Shown here one piece after another: positions 1 through 8,919 of a stretch of 42,893 nucleotides of DNA. The notes beneath the pieces are model-generated. The model saw only the letters and a program-made list of their open reading frames with translations. It did no database searches and was not told where the DNA came from. A program made the position numbers and the translations under genes. Source of the DNA: an uncultured Gammaproteobacteria bacterium (GTDB lineage: Bacteria > Patescibacteriota > Microgenomatia > CAYXHB01); assembly GCA_964464795.1 (NCBI GenBank), contig CAYXHB010000001.1, forward strand, positions 1 to 42,893, written 5' to 3'. Numbering within the stretch: position 1 is the stretch's first letter; each line of letters opens with the position of its first letter.

Positions 1-2
1 GG

Positions 3-2120
3 ACAACTGCACGTAACTCCGGTAATGGCGGCAGCGGTCTGGATGGAACACTTACTAGTATGGCCTCACCTGCCACCTCCACCTCAGGATGGACTAATAA
101 TGGCAAGTTGGATAAGGCTCTAGTATTTGATGCATCAAACGACTATGTCACAGGCTCTGATGCATCTTTTCCGTCGGGTTCCAGCCCAAGGAGTATATCT
201 GCATGGGTTAACCCAACTTCCCTGCCAACAACGAATGATAACGGAATAATTTTTGTTTATGGAACAAACTCCAACAATCAAGCAAATGGTATTAGCTTGC
301 AGAATGTATCTGGAACTCAATACATCCGGTATTTCGGATGGGGTAATGATTTTGATACTACACATACCGTGCCTACCAATGCTTGGACTCAAATTGTGGC
401 CACTCATGATGGAACCAATACCAGAGTTTATGTAAATGGCAAACAGGTTAACAGCTCAACAAGTTATACTTCATGGAATACTGTTTTGGGCGGTAGTTAC
501 TTCATTGGCAAAAATCTCCCAGCCGTAGGTTATTTCAACGGCCGTATTGACGAAGTCAAAGTCTACAACTATGCCTTAGATGAAGATGAGGTCAGAGTTG
601 ACTATAACCAAGGCAAGTCAGCTGTAGTGGGGTCACTGAGTACCGAGTCAGATGGGGTAACTCCATCCAACTCCTCAGCTCGTGAGTTCTGCGTCCCTGG
701 GGATACCTCCACCTGTAACCCACCTATCGGCAGATGGAAACTGGATGAAAATACAGGCACTACTGCCATTGATATCTCTGGAAATAATAATACCGGCACA
801 CTCACCAATGGCCCATCCTGGGCACCAGGCAAACTGGGACAGTCCGTCCGCTTTGACGGTACCGATGACTACATCTCCATCCCCGACTCATCAACCTTGG
901 TTTTTGGCAACAGTACCACCGACAACGCCTTTTCCATCTCCGCTTGGGTCAACCAAGGGAACAGTACCGCTCCTTTCGCGGATGGATTCCCCATTGCCTC
1001 CAAGACAGCTGGCACCCTGCCTCCGCTTGAGTGGTTGTTAGATATTTATACCAACCAGCCTGGACTTACCTTGTACGATGATGCCGGGAACCATCAAGTC
1101 GCTAGATACACCACCACCCCATACTCATTTGCCGCTAATACCTGGTATCACATCACCGCCACCTACACCGGAGGCGGCATCAATGGCATCAAGGTGTACA
1201 TCAATGGTATGGAAACATCCACTTCCACCTATTCAGAAGGTACCTATGTAGCCATGCACAATACCACTACACCGGTGAACATCGGTGCATTCGCGCCCAC
1301 AGATAGTACCTACAAGTGGTTTGCCAGTGGGTTTATCGATGACCTGCGCATTTACAACTATGTCCGTACTCCAGCACAAGTTGCCTGGGAATACAACCGG
1401 GGAGAGCCATTCGTCTGGTACAGGATGGATGAGTGTACTGGGACAAGTATTCGTGATGCTTCAGGGAATGGATTAAACAGCACCTTAACCATAGGTGGGA
1501 GCGGTACAAACACTTCAGCTGGAACATGTACAAGCGGAAACAGTGCTCATGCCTGGAACAATGGAGCATCAGGTAGAATCAATTCTTCTCTAGATCTGGA
1601 TGGCACCGATGACTATATAGATACCTCATTGATGTCATCTCTAAATCTTACTGGACAGAGTTTTAGTATGTCGTCCTGGATCAAGACCACCCAAAGTAGT
1701 TTATCAACCTACATGATGATCAGAGATAATGCTGCAAATGCCTCAGGGGTCTTGGGAGGTTTGATTCTTAATGTGAATACTAATACTGTTGCCTTTGATA
1801 CCTGGGACTATGTTTCCAATAGAGTCCAGGGTACCAGAACTGTTAATGATGGTCAGTGGCATCATGTAGTGGCTACCTACAATGTCTCTTCTGGACTAGC
1901 TAGCCTGTACATTGATGGAGCTCTTGATGCAAGTAGGACCTTGACTGGTTCAGCAGGGAGTGTAAACCGCAGACTCAGACTAGGTGGCAATGTCCATACA
2001 GGCGGCTCAGTGATTCAGTATTATGATGGCCAACTGGATGATGCTCGTGTTTACAACTATGCGCTAAATCAAACCCAGATCCGTGACCTTTACAACAATG
2101 GTGCCGTCAGCTTTAGGTAG
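3..2120 (+). CDS. Surface/secreted protein with three LamG (concanavalin A-like lectin) repeats; 5' end runs off the window
   Basis: The frame is open from nt 3, with no stop before the listed Met at 60. There are three ~230-aa repeats, each carrying 'GTL..G..W..GK.G.A..FDG.DDY', 'ISAWV' and '(V/I)YNYAL....(V/I)...YN.G' signatures typical of Laminin_G_3 modules. Stop is TAG at 2118-2120. Confidence 0.8.
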   Translation, partial: TTARNSGNGGSGLDGTLTSMASPATSTSGWTNNGKLDKALVFDASNDYVTGSDASFPSGSSPRSISAWVNPTSLPTTNDNGIIFVYGTNSNNQANGISLQNVSGTQYIRYFGWGNDFDTTHTVPTNAWTQIVATHDGTNTRVYVNGKQVNSSTSYTSWNTVLGGSYFIGKNLPAVGYFNGRIDEVKVYNYALDEDEVRVDYNQGKSAVVGSLSTESDGVTPSNSSAREFCVPGDTSTCNPPIGRWKLDENTGTTAIDISGNNNTGTLTNGPSWAPGKLGQSVRFDGTDDYISIPDSSTLVFGNSTTDNAFSISAWVNQGNSTAPFADGFPIASKTAGTLPPLEWLLDIYTNQPGLTLYDDAGNHQVARYTTTPYSFAANTWYHITATYTGGGINGIKVYINGMETSTSTYSEGTYVAMHNTTTPVNIGAFAPTDSTYKWFASGFIDDLRIYNYVRTPAQVAWEYNRGEPFVWYRMDECTGTSIRDASGNGLNSTLTIGGSGTNTSAGTCTSGNSAHAWNNGASGRINSSLDLDGTDDYIDTSLMSSLNLTGQSFSMSSWIKTTQSSLSTYMMIRDNAANASGVLGGLILNVNTNTVAFDTWDYVSNRVQGTRTVNDGQWHHVVATYNVSSGLASLYIDGALDASRTLTGSAGSVNRRLRLGGNVHTGGSVIQYYDGQLDDARVYNYALNQTQIRDLYNNGAVSFR

Positions 2121-2164
2121 GGGGGAAGAATTAGGAATTAAGAAAAAAGAATTACAGAGAATAT

Positions 2165-2340
2165 CAGATTGCCACGGCCATCCTTATCAGTTTGTCCTCG
2201 CAATGACGGCCGCGGTGGTGTTTTTTAAGTCGGAATGACAAAGAAAGGGGCAAGATGACAACCGCGGTAGTGTACTCCTAAGTCGGGATGAAATGTAAGG
2301 CTGCCTTTCCCTACTGTAAATGTAAAGGCCGTCATTCGGC
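2165..2340. repeat. Repeat-rich, potentially structured intergenic element upstream of rpsT
   Basis: Contains 'cagattgccac' (2165-2175) and 'tcgcaatgacgg' (2198-2209), motifs that recur at 42426-42436 and 42478-42489 (the first also at 37305-37315 as reverse complement). A ~36-nt direct repeat occurs at 2203-2238 and 2255-2291. A 10-nt inverted repeat, aatgacggcc (2202-2211) / ggccgtcatt (2327-2336), brackets them. Confidence 0.5.
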
Positions 2341-2440
2341 GGTTGGGAGCAGCCAGAAAGTGTCGTTAAGATGAACTAATTGGCAGATAGAGGTTTTTGG
2401 ATTATAATAGGCAGAGTTATTTTCTTTAAAGAGAAAAATT

Positions 2441-2680
2441 ATGCCAGTTACTAGAACAGCCACCCGTGCGTTGCGCAGGTCAAAAAGAAAACAAATTGTC
2501 AACCTGAAAAGGAAGAATGTTTTGCGGGCGGATTTGAAAAAATTCCGTCTCTCACCTTCGGAGAAAACACTACAGTCATTGACAAGTACAATTGATAAAA
2601 CTGCCAAATGGGGATTGATACACGCGAATAAAGCGGCGCACATGAAGTCACAAGTGGCTCGTAGGCTGGCGGCGAAGTAA
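2441..2680 (+). CDS. rpsT: 30S ribosomal protein S20
   Basis: 79-aa basic protein with an S20-like N-terminus (RALRRSKRKQIVNLKRKN) and the 'GLIHANKAAHMKSQVARRL' C-terminal signature. Confidence 0.9.
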   Translation: MPVTRTATRALRRSKRKQIVNLKRKNVLRADLKKFRLSPSEKTLQSLTSTIDKTAKWGLIHANKAAHMKSQVARRLAAK

Positions 2681-2746
2681 GGAAAGTAAAGGAAACATAC
2701 TTGTAGGAAGAGATAGAGGTCATCTATACTGGGAAGTGTTCCTGCC

Positions 2747-3316
2747 ATGCCCAGACACGCCCCGACTATTAATTTGCTGGAGAAAGTTAACAGTTCCAGT
2801 TCAACGGATAAGATATTGACCTGGGCGTTGTCCGTGGGGAGATGGATTGTAATTGTGACGGAGTTAGTGGTGATTGGAGCATTCATCTGGCGGTTCTCTC
2901 TGGATATGCGCCTGACTGCTCTACAGGAGGATATTGAAACTCAAAAAAATCATATTCGAGCATTTGCTTCGGTTGAAACCGAGTTCAGAGCTGCACAACA
3001 GAGAATTAATTCCGTAGCTGAGGCGTTGGATTTGCAACCTGATATCCCGACGATTTTTAGTGAGTTTAACAAAAGTTTTCCCAGGACAACTGACTTGAAA
3101 ATAAACAGGTTTAATTGGAATAAAAATATAATTTCTATAACCGGCGAGGCTGTGGATGAAACTACGATTTCACTTTTTGAAAACACCTTAAGATCGTCAC
3201 CTTTGGTCACCAGCGTCAACCTGACAAACGTGAGTTTGAAAGTTGAGAACAACCCAGAATTAGCTGGCACACATTTATATGAATTCAACTTAAACGCCAG
3301 TATTAAAATGAAATAA
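2747..3316 (+). CDS. PilN-like pilus assembly protein (single-pass membrane protein)
   Basis: N-terminal 'TINLLE' motif (PilN 'INLLP'-like), followed by one TM helix (WIVIVTELVVIGAFIW), a coiled coil and a small C-terminal domain. Confidence 0.6.
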   Translation: MPRHAPTINLLEKVNSSSSTDKILTWALSVGRWIVIVTELVVIGAFIWRFSLDMRLTALQEDIETQKNHIRAFASVETEFRAAQQRINSVAEALDLQPDIPTIFSEFNKSFPRTTDLKINRFNWNKNIISITGEAVDETTISLFENTLRSSPLVTSVNLTNVSLKVENNPELAGTHLYEFNLNASIKMK

Positions 3317-3319
3317 AAT

Positions 3320-3982
3320 ATGTCTGCCACACCTGACCAACCATTAAGTAGTAAGTTTTCTTTTAGAAGTTCGCAGAGACTGCTGGATACCAAAAAGAAA
3401 CAAACTTATCTGGAGATTATACTGACGTTTGTGACCATTATTTTCTTCGGGTTGTTTGCCTTAAGACCAACATTCTCGACCATTGCGACGTTGTTGGGTG
3501 ATATCAATAACTTGGAGAACGTAAAGACACAATTACAGGAAAAAATCGACGCCATGTTTGCCGCGCAACAAATTTTGGATGAAAACGGTAGTAAGCTAGG
3601 GTTGTTGGAAGAGGCAATTCCGATATCTGCGGACTTGGCCATGTTTACCGCTCAAGTAGACAGGGCGGTAGAAGGGACTGAGTTCAGCCTTAACTCAGTC
3701 GGATATGGTGACTACGCAATTGATGGCGGTGAGAATAGCGTATCTGCGGCAGAGACCACCGCTGATGCCGCTCCACAAGGAAACTGGACGGCAGTTAAAT
3801 TTATAATTAACGGCAGCGGGAGATATGAATCTATTCTGGAATTTACACGGCGATTGGTGAGTTTCCGGCGAGTGATAATTATCGAATCGATTTCAATAGA
3901 TTATAGTGATATTCAAATAGAAACTGACGTGCCAAGAGTAGTTATTAGCGGAGCTATTCTGCATCAGCCGAAAAATTTATGA
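3320..3982 (+). CDS. PilO-like pilus assembly protein
   Basis: TM helix (IILTFVTIIFFGLFAL), then a coiled coil, then a C-terminal 'INGSGRYESILEFTRRLVSFRRVIIIESISI' block resembling the PilO core. ATGA overlap with the next ORF. Confidence 0.5.
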   Translation: MSATPDQPLSSKFSFRSSQRLLDTKKKQTYLEIILTFVTIIFFGLFALRPTFSTIATLLGDINNLENVKTQLQEKIDAMFAAQQILDENGSKLGLLEEAIPISADLAMFTAQVDRAVEGTEFSLNSVGYGDYAIDGGENSVSAAETTADAAPQGNWTAVKFIINGSGRYESILEFTRRLVSFRRVIIIESISIDYSDIQIETDVPRVVISGAILHQPKNL

Positions 3983-4212
3983 AAAGACCTAAAGATAATA
4001 CTTTTTTGATTTTGCTGGGAAGTCTGACTCTTATCACGCTGACTGTCTGGATTGGGTCGGAGGTTTATCGGGGATTGGTAGTAGATAGGATTTCGCCAGA
4101 AGTCAGTCAGGAGTTAGTTGAGCTTAACTCAAACTTGAATTTATCGGTGCTGCAAACGCTTGAACAAAGAAGTCCATCGGACGCGGTTATCACAGATACA
4201 GTAAATGAATAG
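3979..4212 (+). CDS. Small single-pass membrane protein, hypothetical
   Basis: 77 aa with one TM helix (FLILLGSLTLITLTVWIG). Start is translationally coupled (ATGA) to the PilO-like gene. Confidence 0.5.
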   Translation: MKRPKDNTFLILLGSLTLITLTVWIGSEVYRGLVVDRISPEVSQELVELNSNLNLSVLQTLEQRSPSDAVITDTVNE

Positions 4213-4284
4213 GTTAAAAAAGGCACTCAAGACGGTTTACATGTTGACTGTTGGCCTGGAGATTGTAAAAATGAATTAATATTT

Positions 4285-5787
4285 ATGTTCAAAAAATCTG
4301 CCTCTGCTGGGATGTCTCCCAAAATTCCGATGCTGGTGGGGTTATTATTACTAATTGCCGGAGTCGTCGGTGGAGTTTACTTAATACAAAACAGGCAATC
4401 GCCTATTGGGACTCAAGCTGAAGTGGGCACAGCCCCGGGGCAAGTTGAAGTTTCTAACGTAACGAGTAACTCGTTTACAGTCAGCTGGGTGACACAGAAC
4501 ATGGCAGCTGGTTTCTTATCGTACGGAACTGACGAAGGAAACCTCAACAGCGTAGCCCGCGACAAGCGGGACTTGATGTCCAGTGAATATCAGCAGCACC
4601 AAACCCATTATGTACAAGTAACGGGACTGAGTCCTGGTACAGAGTATTTTTTCGTAATTAACTCGGGAAGAATGGCTTATACCACAGCAGAAGGTTCTTC
4701 TTATATAGTGACAACGGCGACTGGTAGTGATGTTATAGGCGAGTTGCCAACCATATCAGGAACAATACAAAATGTGGATGGCGGAGTCGAAGAAGGAGCA
4801 ATTGTATTGATATCAGGGCCGAACTTGAGTAAGCAGTCGACATTGAGTGATGAGAACGGGAATTGGACGATAGTTTTGGCGCAGGCTTTTAACCCGACCT
4901 TGAATGGAGCGGGGGGCATTGACGGCGAGGATGAAATCTGGATTAGAACTAATTCCGTCGGTGGGAACTCCTCGGCTTTGTTGCTTGGGAAACAAATTAA
5001 CGACATTCCGACGTTAACCACGGGACAAACTTTTGACTTTAGAAGTTTAGTGGCCAGCGGAGAAAATTCTGATTCAAAATTTAATTTTATTGATGATTTG
5101 GCGGCCCAAAGTGCAGGTGGCGGCCAGACAATTAATATCTGGAACCCGCAGGAAAACGAAGCATTAAATACGTCGAGGCCTCAGTTTATCGGCACAGCGC
5201 CGGCCAATATCACAGTTTCCATAACTGTAATCCAGGGGCAAGATGAAACTGACGGCACCGCCCAAAGTGACCAACGAGGCAACTGGCGCTGGACGGCCGA
5301 GGAAGATTTTAGCTTGGGTTCCCACGTGGTCAGAGCTAGTTACACGAATGACTCAGGGATTACTTTCCAAGCCGAGAGACGATTTAGTATATTGGGTAGC
5401 TCGCTGGGGGGACCTGCGATAGAGTCCAGTCCCAGCGGTGGTTTGGCGCAGACTTCTCCATCCCCATCGCCAACGACCGTAGCCATGGCGCCAACGGCTA
5501 CCCCAACCGCATCACCTACCAGCACGCCCGTGCCTTCAGTACTAACCCCGACAGTCACGGTAGTGCCGACAGTAACTGCCGTCCTCACTCCCTCGGAAGT
5601 ATCTTTGACTCCGACTTTGACATTGACCCCAACCCCAACTGTGACTGATGAAGTGAGCGAGATTTCTCTGACCCCGACACCAACTCCGGCTCTTGAACTG
5701 CCGTTGGCTTCGACTACTTTGCCGACTTATGTGTTGGGGATCGTGGTGATGTTGATGGTGGGAATTGCGGTCTTGCTGCTTAACTAG
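4285..5787 (+). CDS. Membrane-anchored surface protein: FN3-like, carboxypeptidase-regulatory-like and Ig-like domains, Pro/Thr-rich stalk, C-terminal TM anchor
   Basis: N-terminal signal/anchor helix. FN3 signature 'VSNVTSNSFTVSWVT...GLSPGTEYFF'. 'GTIQNVDGG...ENGNWTIVL' beta-sandwich. PT-rich tract at about nt 5450-5700. Terminal hydrophobic helix 'YVLGIVVMLMVGIAVLLL'. Confidence 0.75.
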   Translation: MFKKSASAGMSPKIPMLVGLLLLIAGVVGGVYLIQNRQSPIGTQAEVGTAPGQVEVSNVTSNSFTVSWVTQNMAAGFLSYGTDEGNLNSVARDKRDLMSSEYQQHQTHYVQVTGLSPGTEYFFVINSGRMAYTTAEGSSYIVTTATGSDVIGELPTISGTIQNVDGGVEEGAIVLISGPNLSKQSTLSDENGNWTIVLAQAFNPTLNGAGGIDGEDEIWIRTNSVGGNSSALLLGKQINDIPTLTTGQTFDFRSLVASGENSDSKFNFIDDLAAQSAGGGQTINIWNPQENEALNTSRPQFIGTAPANITVSITVIQGQDETDGTAQSDQRGNWRWTAEEDFSLGSHVVRASYTNDSGITFQAERRFSILGSSLGGPAIESSPSGGLAQTSPSPSPTTVAMAPTATPTASPTSTPVPSVLTPTVTVVPTVTAVLTPSEVSLTPTLTLTPTPTVTDEVSEISLTPTPTPALELPLASTTLPTYVLGIVVMLMVGIAVLLLN

Positions 5788-5808
5788 TAGGGATAGTAGG
5801 ATATAGCA

Positions 5809-7077
5809 ATGCGATATATGATTGTGGGTTCTGGATTTACAGGACTGGTGGCAGGTCTGAAGTTAGCTCGAGCTGGTCACGAAGTGGTGATTTTGGAAAA
5901 AAATAAATATTTAGGCGGGTTAGCGGCTGGATTTGAAGACAGAAACTGGCAGTGGCCGCTGGAGCATCATTACCATCATATTTTTAAGAGTGACAGAAGC
6001 ATTATTAATTTGGCAAATGACTTGGGGGTGAAAGTTGAGTTTAGGAGAGTAAAAACCAGCACTTGGGACGGGAAGAGTTTGTATCAGTTAGATTCCGTGG
6101 GGAGCTTGTTGAGAACTGACCAAATTACTTTGAATGATAAATTGAGAATGATGGCGGGGTTGGGGATACTCAAACTCTGGCCTAACTGGAAGATGTTTGA
6201 AGGAATGACAGCAGAAGAGTGGATAAAAAAAGTCATGGGGCAAAACGTATGGGCGAAAATATGGGAGCCGTTGTTTCGAGGCAAGTTTCACTCCTGGGCA
6301 GGAGAAGTCAACGCTACGTGGTTCTGGGCCAGGATTCATGCCAGGAGTCAGGAACTTGGTTATTTTGAAGGCGGATTTAAAGGATTAGTTGATAAGCTGG
6401 AGGAAAAGTTGAGAAGCTTGGGTGTGGAGATTTACACTGATTGTGAGGTGGAAAAAGTCGAACTTGAAAAAAAGAAGGTGAAAATAAAGGCGGGAGGGAA
6501 AAACTGGGCGGCTGATAAACTGCTCATCACCGGCCCGAGGTCAATTGTGAATAATCTGATGCCCAAGGTGGGGCTTAAAGGAGGGCAAATACCAAGTCTG
6601 GGAGCGGTGACCGTGGTGTTAGCCATGAAGGAATCACTATTAACAGACGGGACTTATTGGTTAAATATCAGTGATTTGAAGGCGCCGTTTCTGGCGGCGG
6701 TTGAGCATACACGGATGATCGACAAAGAGCATTATGGTCAGGATAACTTGCTTTATATAGGTAATTACTTGCCAAAGGAACATGAATTTTTCGCAGCGAG
6801 CGACGATGAATTGCTTGATAAGTACACGCCTTATTTACAAAAAATAAATCATAAGTTTAAAAAGTCATGGGTGAGGAAAATGTGGGTTTTCAAGGCACCT
6901 TATGCTCAGAGTGTAGTGAGAGTTAACCACTCACGTCAGGTGCCGGAAATGGAAATAGTGAAAAACCAAGTGTACTGGTGCGGGATGGAACATGTGTACC
7001 CATGGGACCGGGGCACTAATTACGCGGTTCTCTGGGGGGAAAGGATCGCAAAGATGATGCTTGCTGGGGTAAGATGA
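5809..7077 (+). CDS. FAD/NAD(P)-dependent oxidoreductase (amine-oxidase / phytoene-desaturase-like fold)
   Basis: N-terminal dinucleotide-binding motif 'IVGSGFTGLVAGLKLARAGHEVVILEKNKYLGGLA'. About 420 aa, typical of the family. Confidence 0.8.
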   Translation: MRYMIVGSGFTGLVAGLKLARAGHEVVILEKNKYLGGLAAGFEDRNWQWPLEHHYHHIFKSDRSIINLANDLGVKVEFRRVKTSTWDGKSLYQLDSVGSLLRTDQITLNDKLRMMAGLGILKLWPNWKMFEGMTAEEWIKKVMGQNVWAKIWEPLFRGKFHSWAGEVNATWFWARIHARSQELGYFEGGFKGLVDKLEEKLRSLGVEIYTDCEVEKVELEKKKVKIKAGGKNWAADKLLITGPRSIVNNLMPKVGLKGGQIPSLGAVTVVLAMKESLLTDGTYWLNISDLKAPFLAAVEHTRMIDKEHYGQDNLLYIGNYLPKEHEFFAASDDELLDKYTPYLQKINHKFKKSWVRKMWVFKAPYAQSVVRVNHSRQVPEMEIVKNQVYWCGMEHVYPWDRGTNYAVLWGERIAKMMLAGVR

Positions 7078-7080
7078 AGT

Positions 7081-8919
7081 ATGGGTGATTTTGCGAAAAA
7101 AATCTGGCGGGAGAAAATGAAAACAATCATAGTAGTCGTGGGAATGGCGCTGGTGTTGGGAATAAGCAGGTTTGGATTCCTTGACTGGGGGGCACCATGG
7201 TATTTCCATCCGGATGAGCGCAATGTGGCGATGGCGGTGAGCCGAATTTATCATCAGATAGAGGCTGGAGAGGAAGACGCGTTGAATCCGGATTTTTTTG
7301 CTTATGGCGGATTGCCGATTTATACAATAGTAGGATTAATTACTCTGGGGGGGTATTTCTTTGAGGTTCAAGACGCATTTGAAGCGGCTATAATCGCCAG
7401 TCGGATATTAAGCGCAATGTGGATGGTGCTGGTACCGCTGTTAACTTACCAGGTTGGGAAATATTGGGGCAAAAGCATCGCCAAGACGGCTTTGGCTGTG
7501 AGTGTAGTATGTGTAGGGTATATCCAGTTTGCCAGGTATGGGACTTTTGAGAGTTGGCTAACCGTATGTTATTTGCTATTTTTGTGGCTGGTTATCAGGC
7601 TATGGAAGCACTGGTCAACAAGAGATTGGCTGCTTGTTAGTCTAGTCGTGGGAGCCGGAGTTGCTATTAAGGTGCCAAGTTTATATTTAGTGCCGTTGTT
7701 GGGGTTGACCTGGGGAAAATGGCTTTTTCTCAAAATCAAAAAAAGTCATGCCTGGCAGACCCGACTGGTCATGGTCGTCAATATGCTCATAAGTGGTTTG
7801 ATTGCTGGCGGAATGGCTTTTGGGGTGTTTGCCCTGAGTAATCCTTATGCTTTCCGTGAAGATTTGGCACGGATTTATAGTGTTAATCCAGGGAGGTTTG
7901 TGATTGAATCCGGAGCAGAAACCATCACTTGGACTGGGCAAGTGGAAAACTGGAATGTGGCCAGTTTGAATAAACTATTTGGCGAGAGTTTCATTCATTC
8001 AATTAATGTTGAGGGTGGGATTGCACGGGGAACCATCAAGACCTTTTACACCCGCCATTTTCAAGGAAGCGAAAACGGCATATACCAACTGACCATGATT
8101 ATGCCCTGGCTGCTGAGTATTCCTGTTATGTTTCTGGCTCTCTGGGGTCTACTGGGCTTGGGCTGGTGGAGCGGGAGGAGACACTGGCCAAGTTTGATAT
8201 TGTTAGTCTGGATAGGGTTGCAGTTGGTGTTTATTTTCCCGTTGTATGTGAAGTGGACTCGATACATGGTGCCGGTGTTGCCTGGGTTTATCTTAGCCGC
8301 GAGCTTGGGAAGTTATTTAATCCGGCGGTTGATTGAGATTCTATGGAAGGATAAACAAGCGCGATTAGTTCGAAGAGTGATGTTAGGCGGGTTGGTGGCG
8401 GCGTGGGGATGGCATGCACTTTATACTTTGATGTTTGGAGTCACGTTGACCCAAGGCGATACCAGGATGCAAGCGGCTGAGTGGACGGGGCAAATGATGA
8501 GCAAAGATATCCGGGTGTTATCAGAGGTGTATGACTTGGGGATAGTGCCTTTTAACAGCGTGATTAGCCCCAGTCAAATTACTTTGTTTAATTTTTATGA
8601 TTTGGACGACAACCCTAGAACCGCGATTGATATGGAAAAAGAATTGGAAAATTATGACGTGATTATCTTGCTGTCACGAAGAATCTGGAAACATACAACT
8701 GATAGTCCAGAACAGTTCCCTAAAGCGGCGGAGTTTTATAATGCGCTGTTTGAGGGAAGGAGCGGCTTTTTTAAGATACAGGAGTTTAGCAATTATCCGC
8801 GGTTTGGGCCTTTGATAGTATATGATGAAATAATGGCAGAGGAGACATTTAGTGTCTTTGACCATCCAAGAGTGCAAATCTGGGTTAAACAAGATAGTTA
8901 TGAGTCAGTGATGTTATGA
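7081..8919 (+). CDS. Polytopic GT-C fold glycosyltransferase, family 39 (PMT/ArnT)-like
   Basis: More than 10 predicted TM helices. 'FHPDERNV' first-loop motif. Soluble C-terminal domain ending 'FSVFDHPRVQIWVK'. Paralogous to the next gene, with an ATGA overlap. Confidence 0.75.
   Translation: MGDFAKKIWREKMKTIIVVVGMALVLGISRFGFLDWGAPWYFHPDERNVAMAVSRIYHQIEAGEEDALNPDFFAYGGLPIYTIVGLITLGGYFFEVQDAFEAAIIASRILSAMWMVLVPLLTYQVGKYWGKSIAKTALAVSVVCVGYIQFARYGTFESWLTVCYLLFLWLVIRLWKHWSTRDWLLVSLVVGAGVAIKVPSLYLVPLLGLTWGKWLFLKIKKSHAWQTRLVMVVNMLISGLIAGGMAFGVFALSNPYAFREDLARIYSVNPGRFVIESGAETITWTGQVENWNVASLNKLFGESFIHSINVEGGIARGTIKTFYTRHFQGSENGIYQLTMIMPWLLSIPVMFLALWGLLGLGWWSGRRHWPSLILLVWIGLQLVFIFPLYVKWTRYMVPVLPGFILAASLGSYLIRRLIEILWKDKQARLVRRVMLGGLVAAWGWHALYTLMFGVTLTQGDTRMQAAEWTGQMMSKDIRVLSEVYDLGIVPFNSVISPSQITLFNFYDLDDNPRTAIDMEKELENYDVIILLSRRIWKHTTDSPEQFPKAAEFYNALFEGRSGFFKIQEFSNYPRFGPLIVYDEIMAEETFSVFDHPRVQIWVKQDSYESVML

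Noticed and set aside
2203-2291. Direct repeats that could hint at a CRISPR array.
   Set aside because: There are only two imperfect ~36-nt copies, 52 nt apart, with no further units and no cas genes in the window.
2332-2886. 184-aa minus-strand ORF spanning the rpsT region.
   Set aside because: It lies antisense to an unmistakable S20 gene and to the start of the PilN-like gene. It has no recognisable motifs, its composition is typical of antisense frames, and it starts inside the repeat element.
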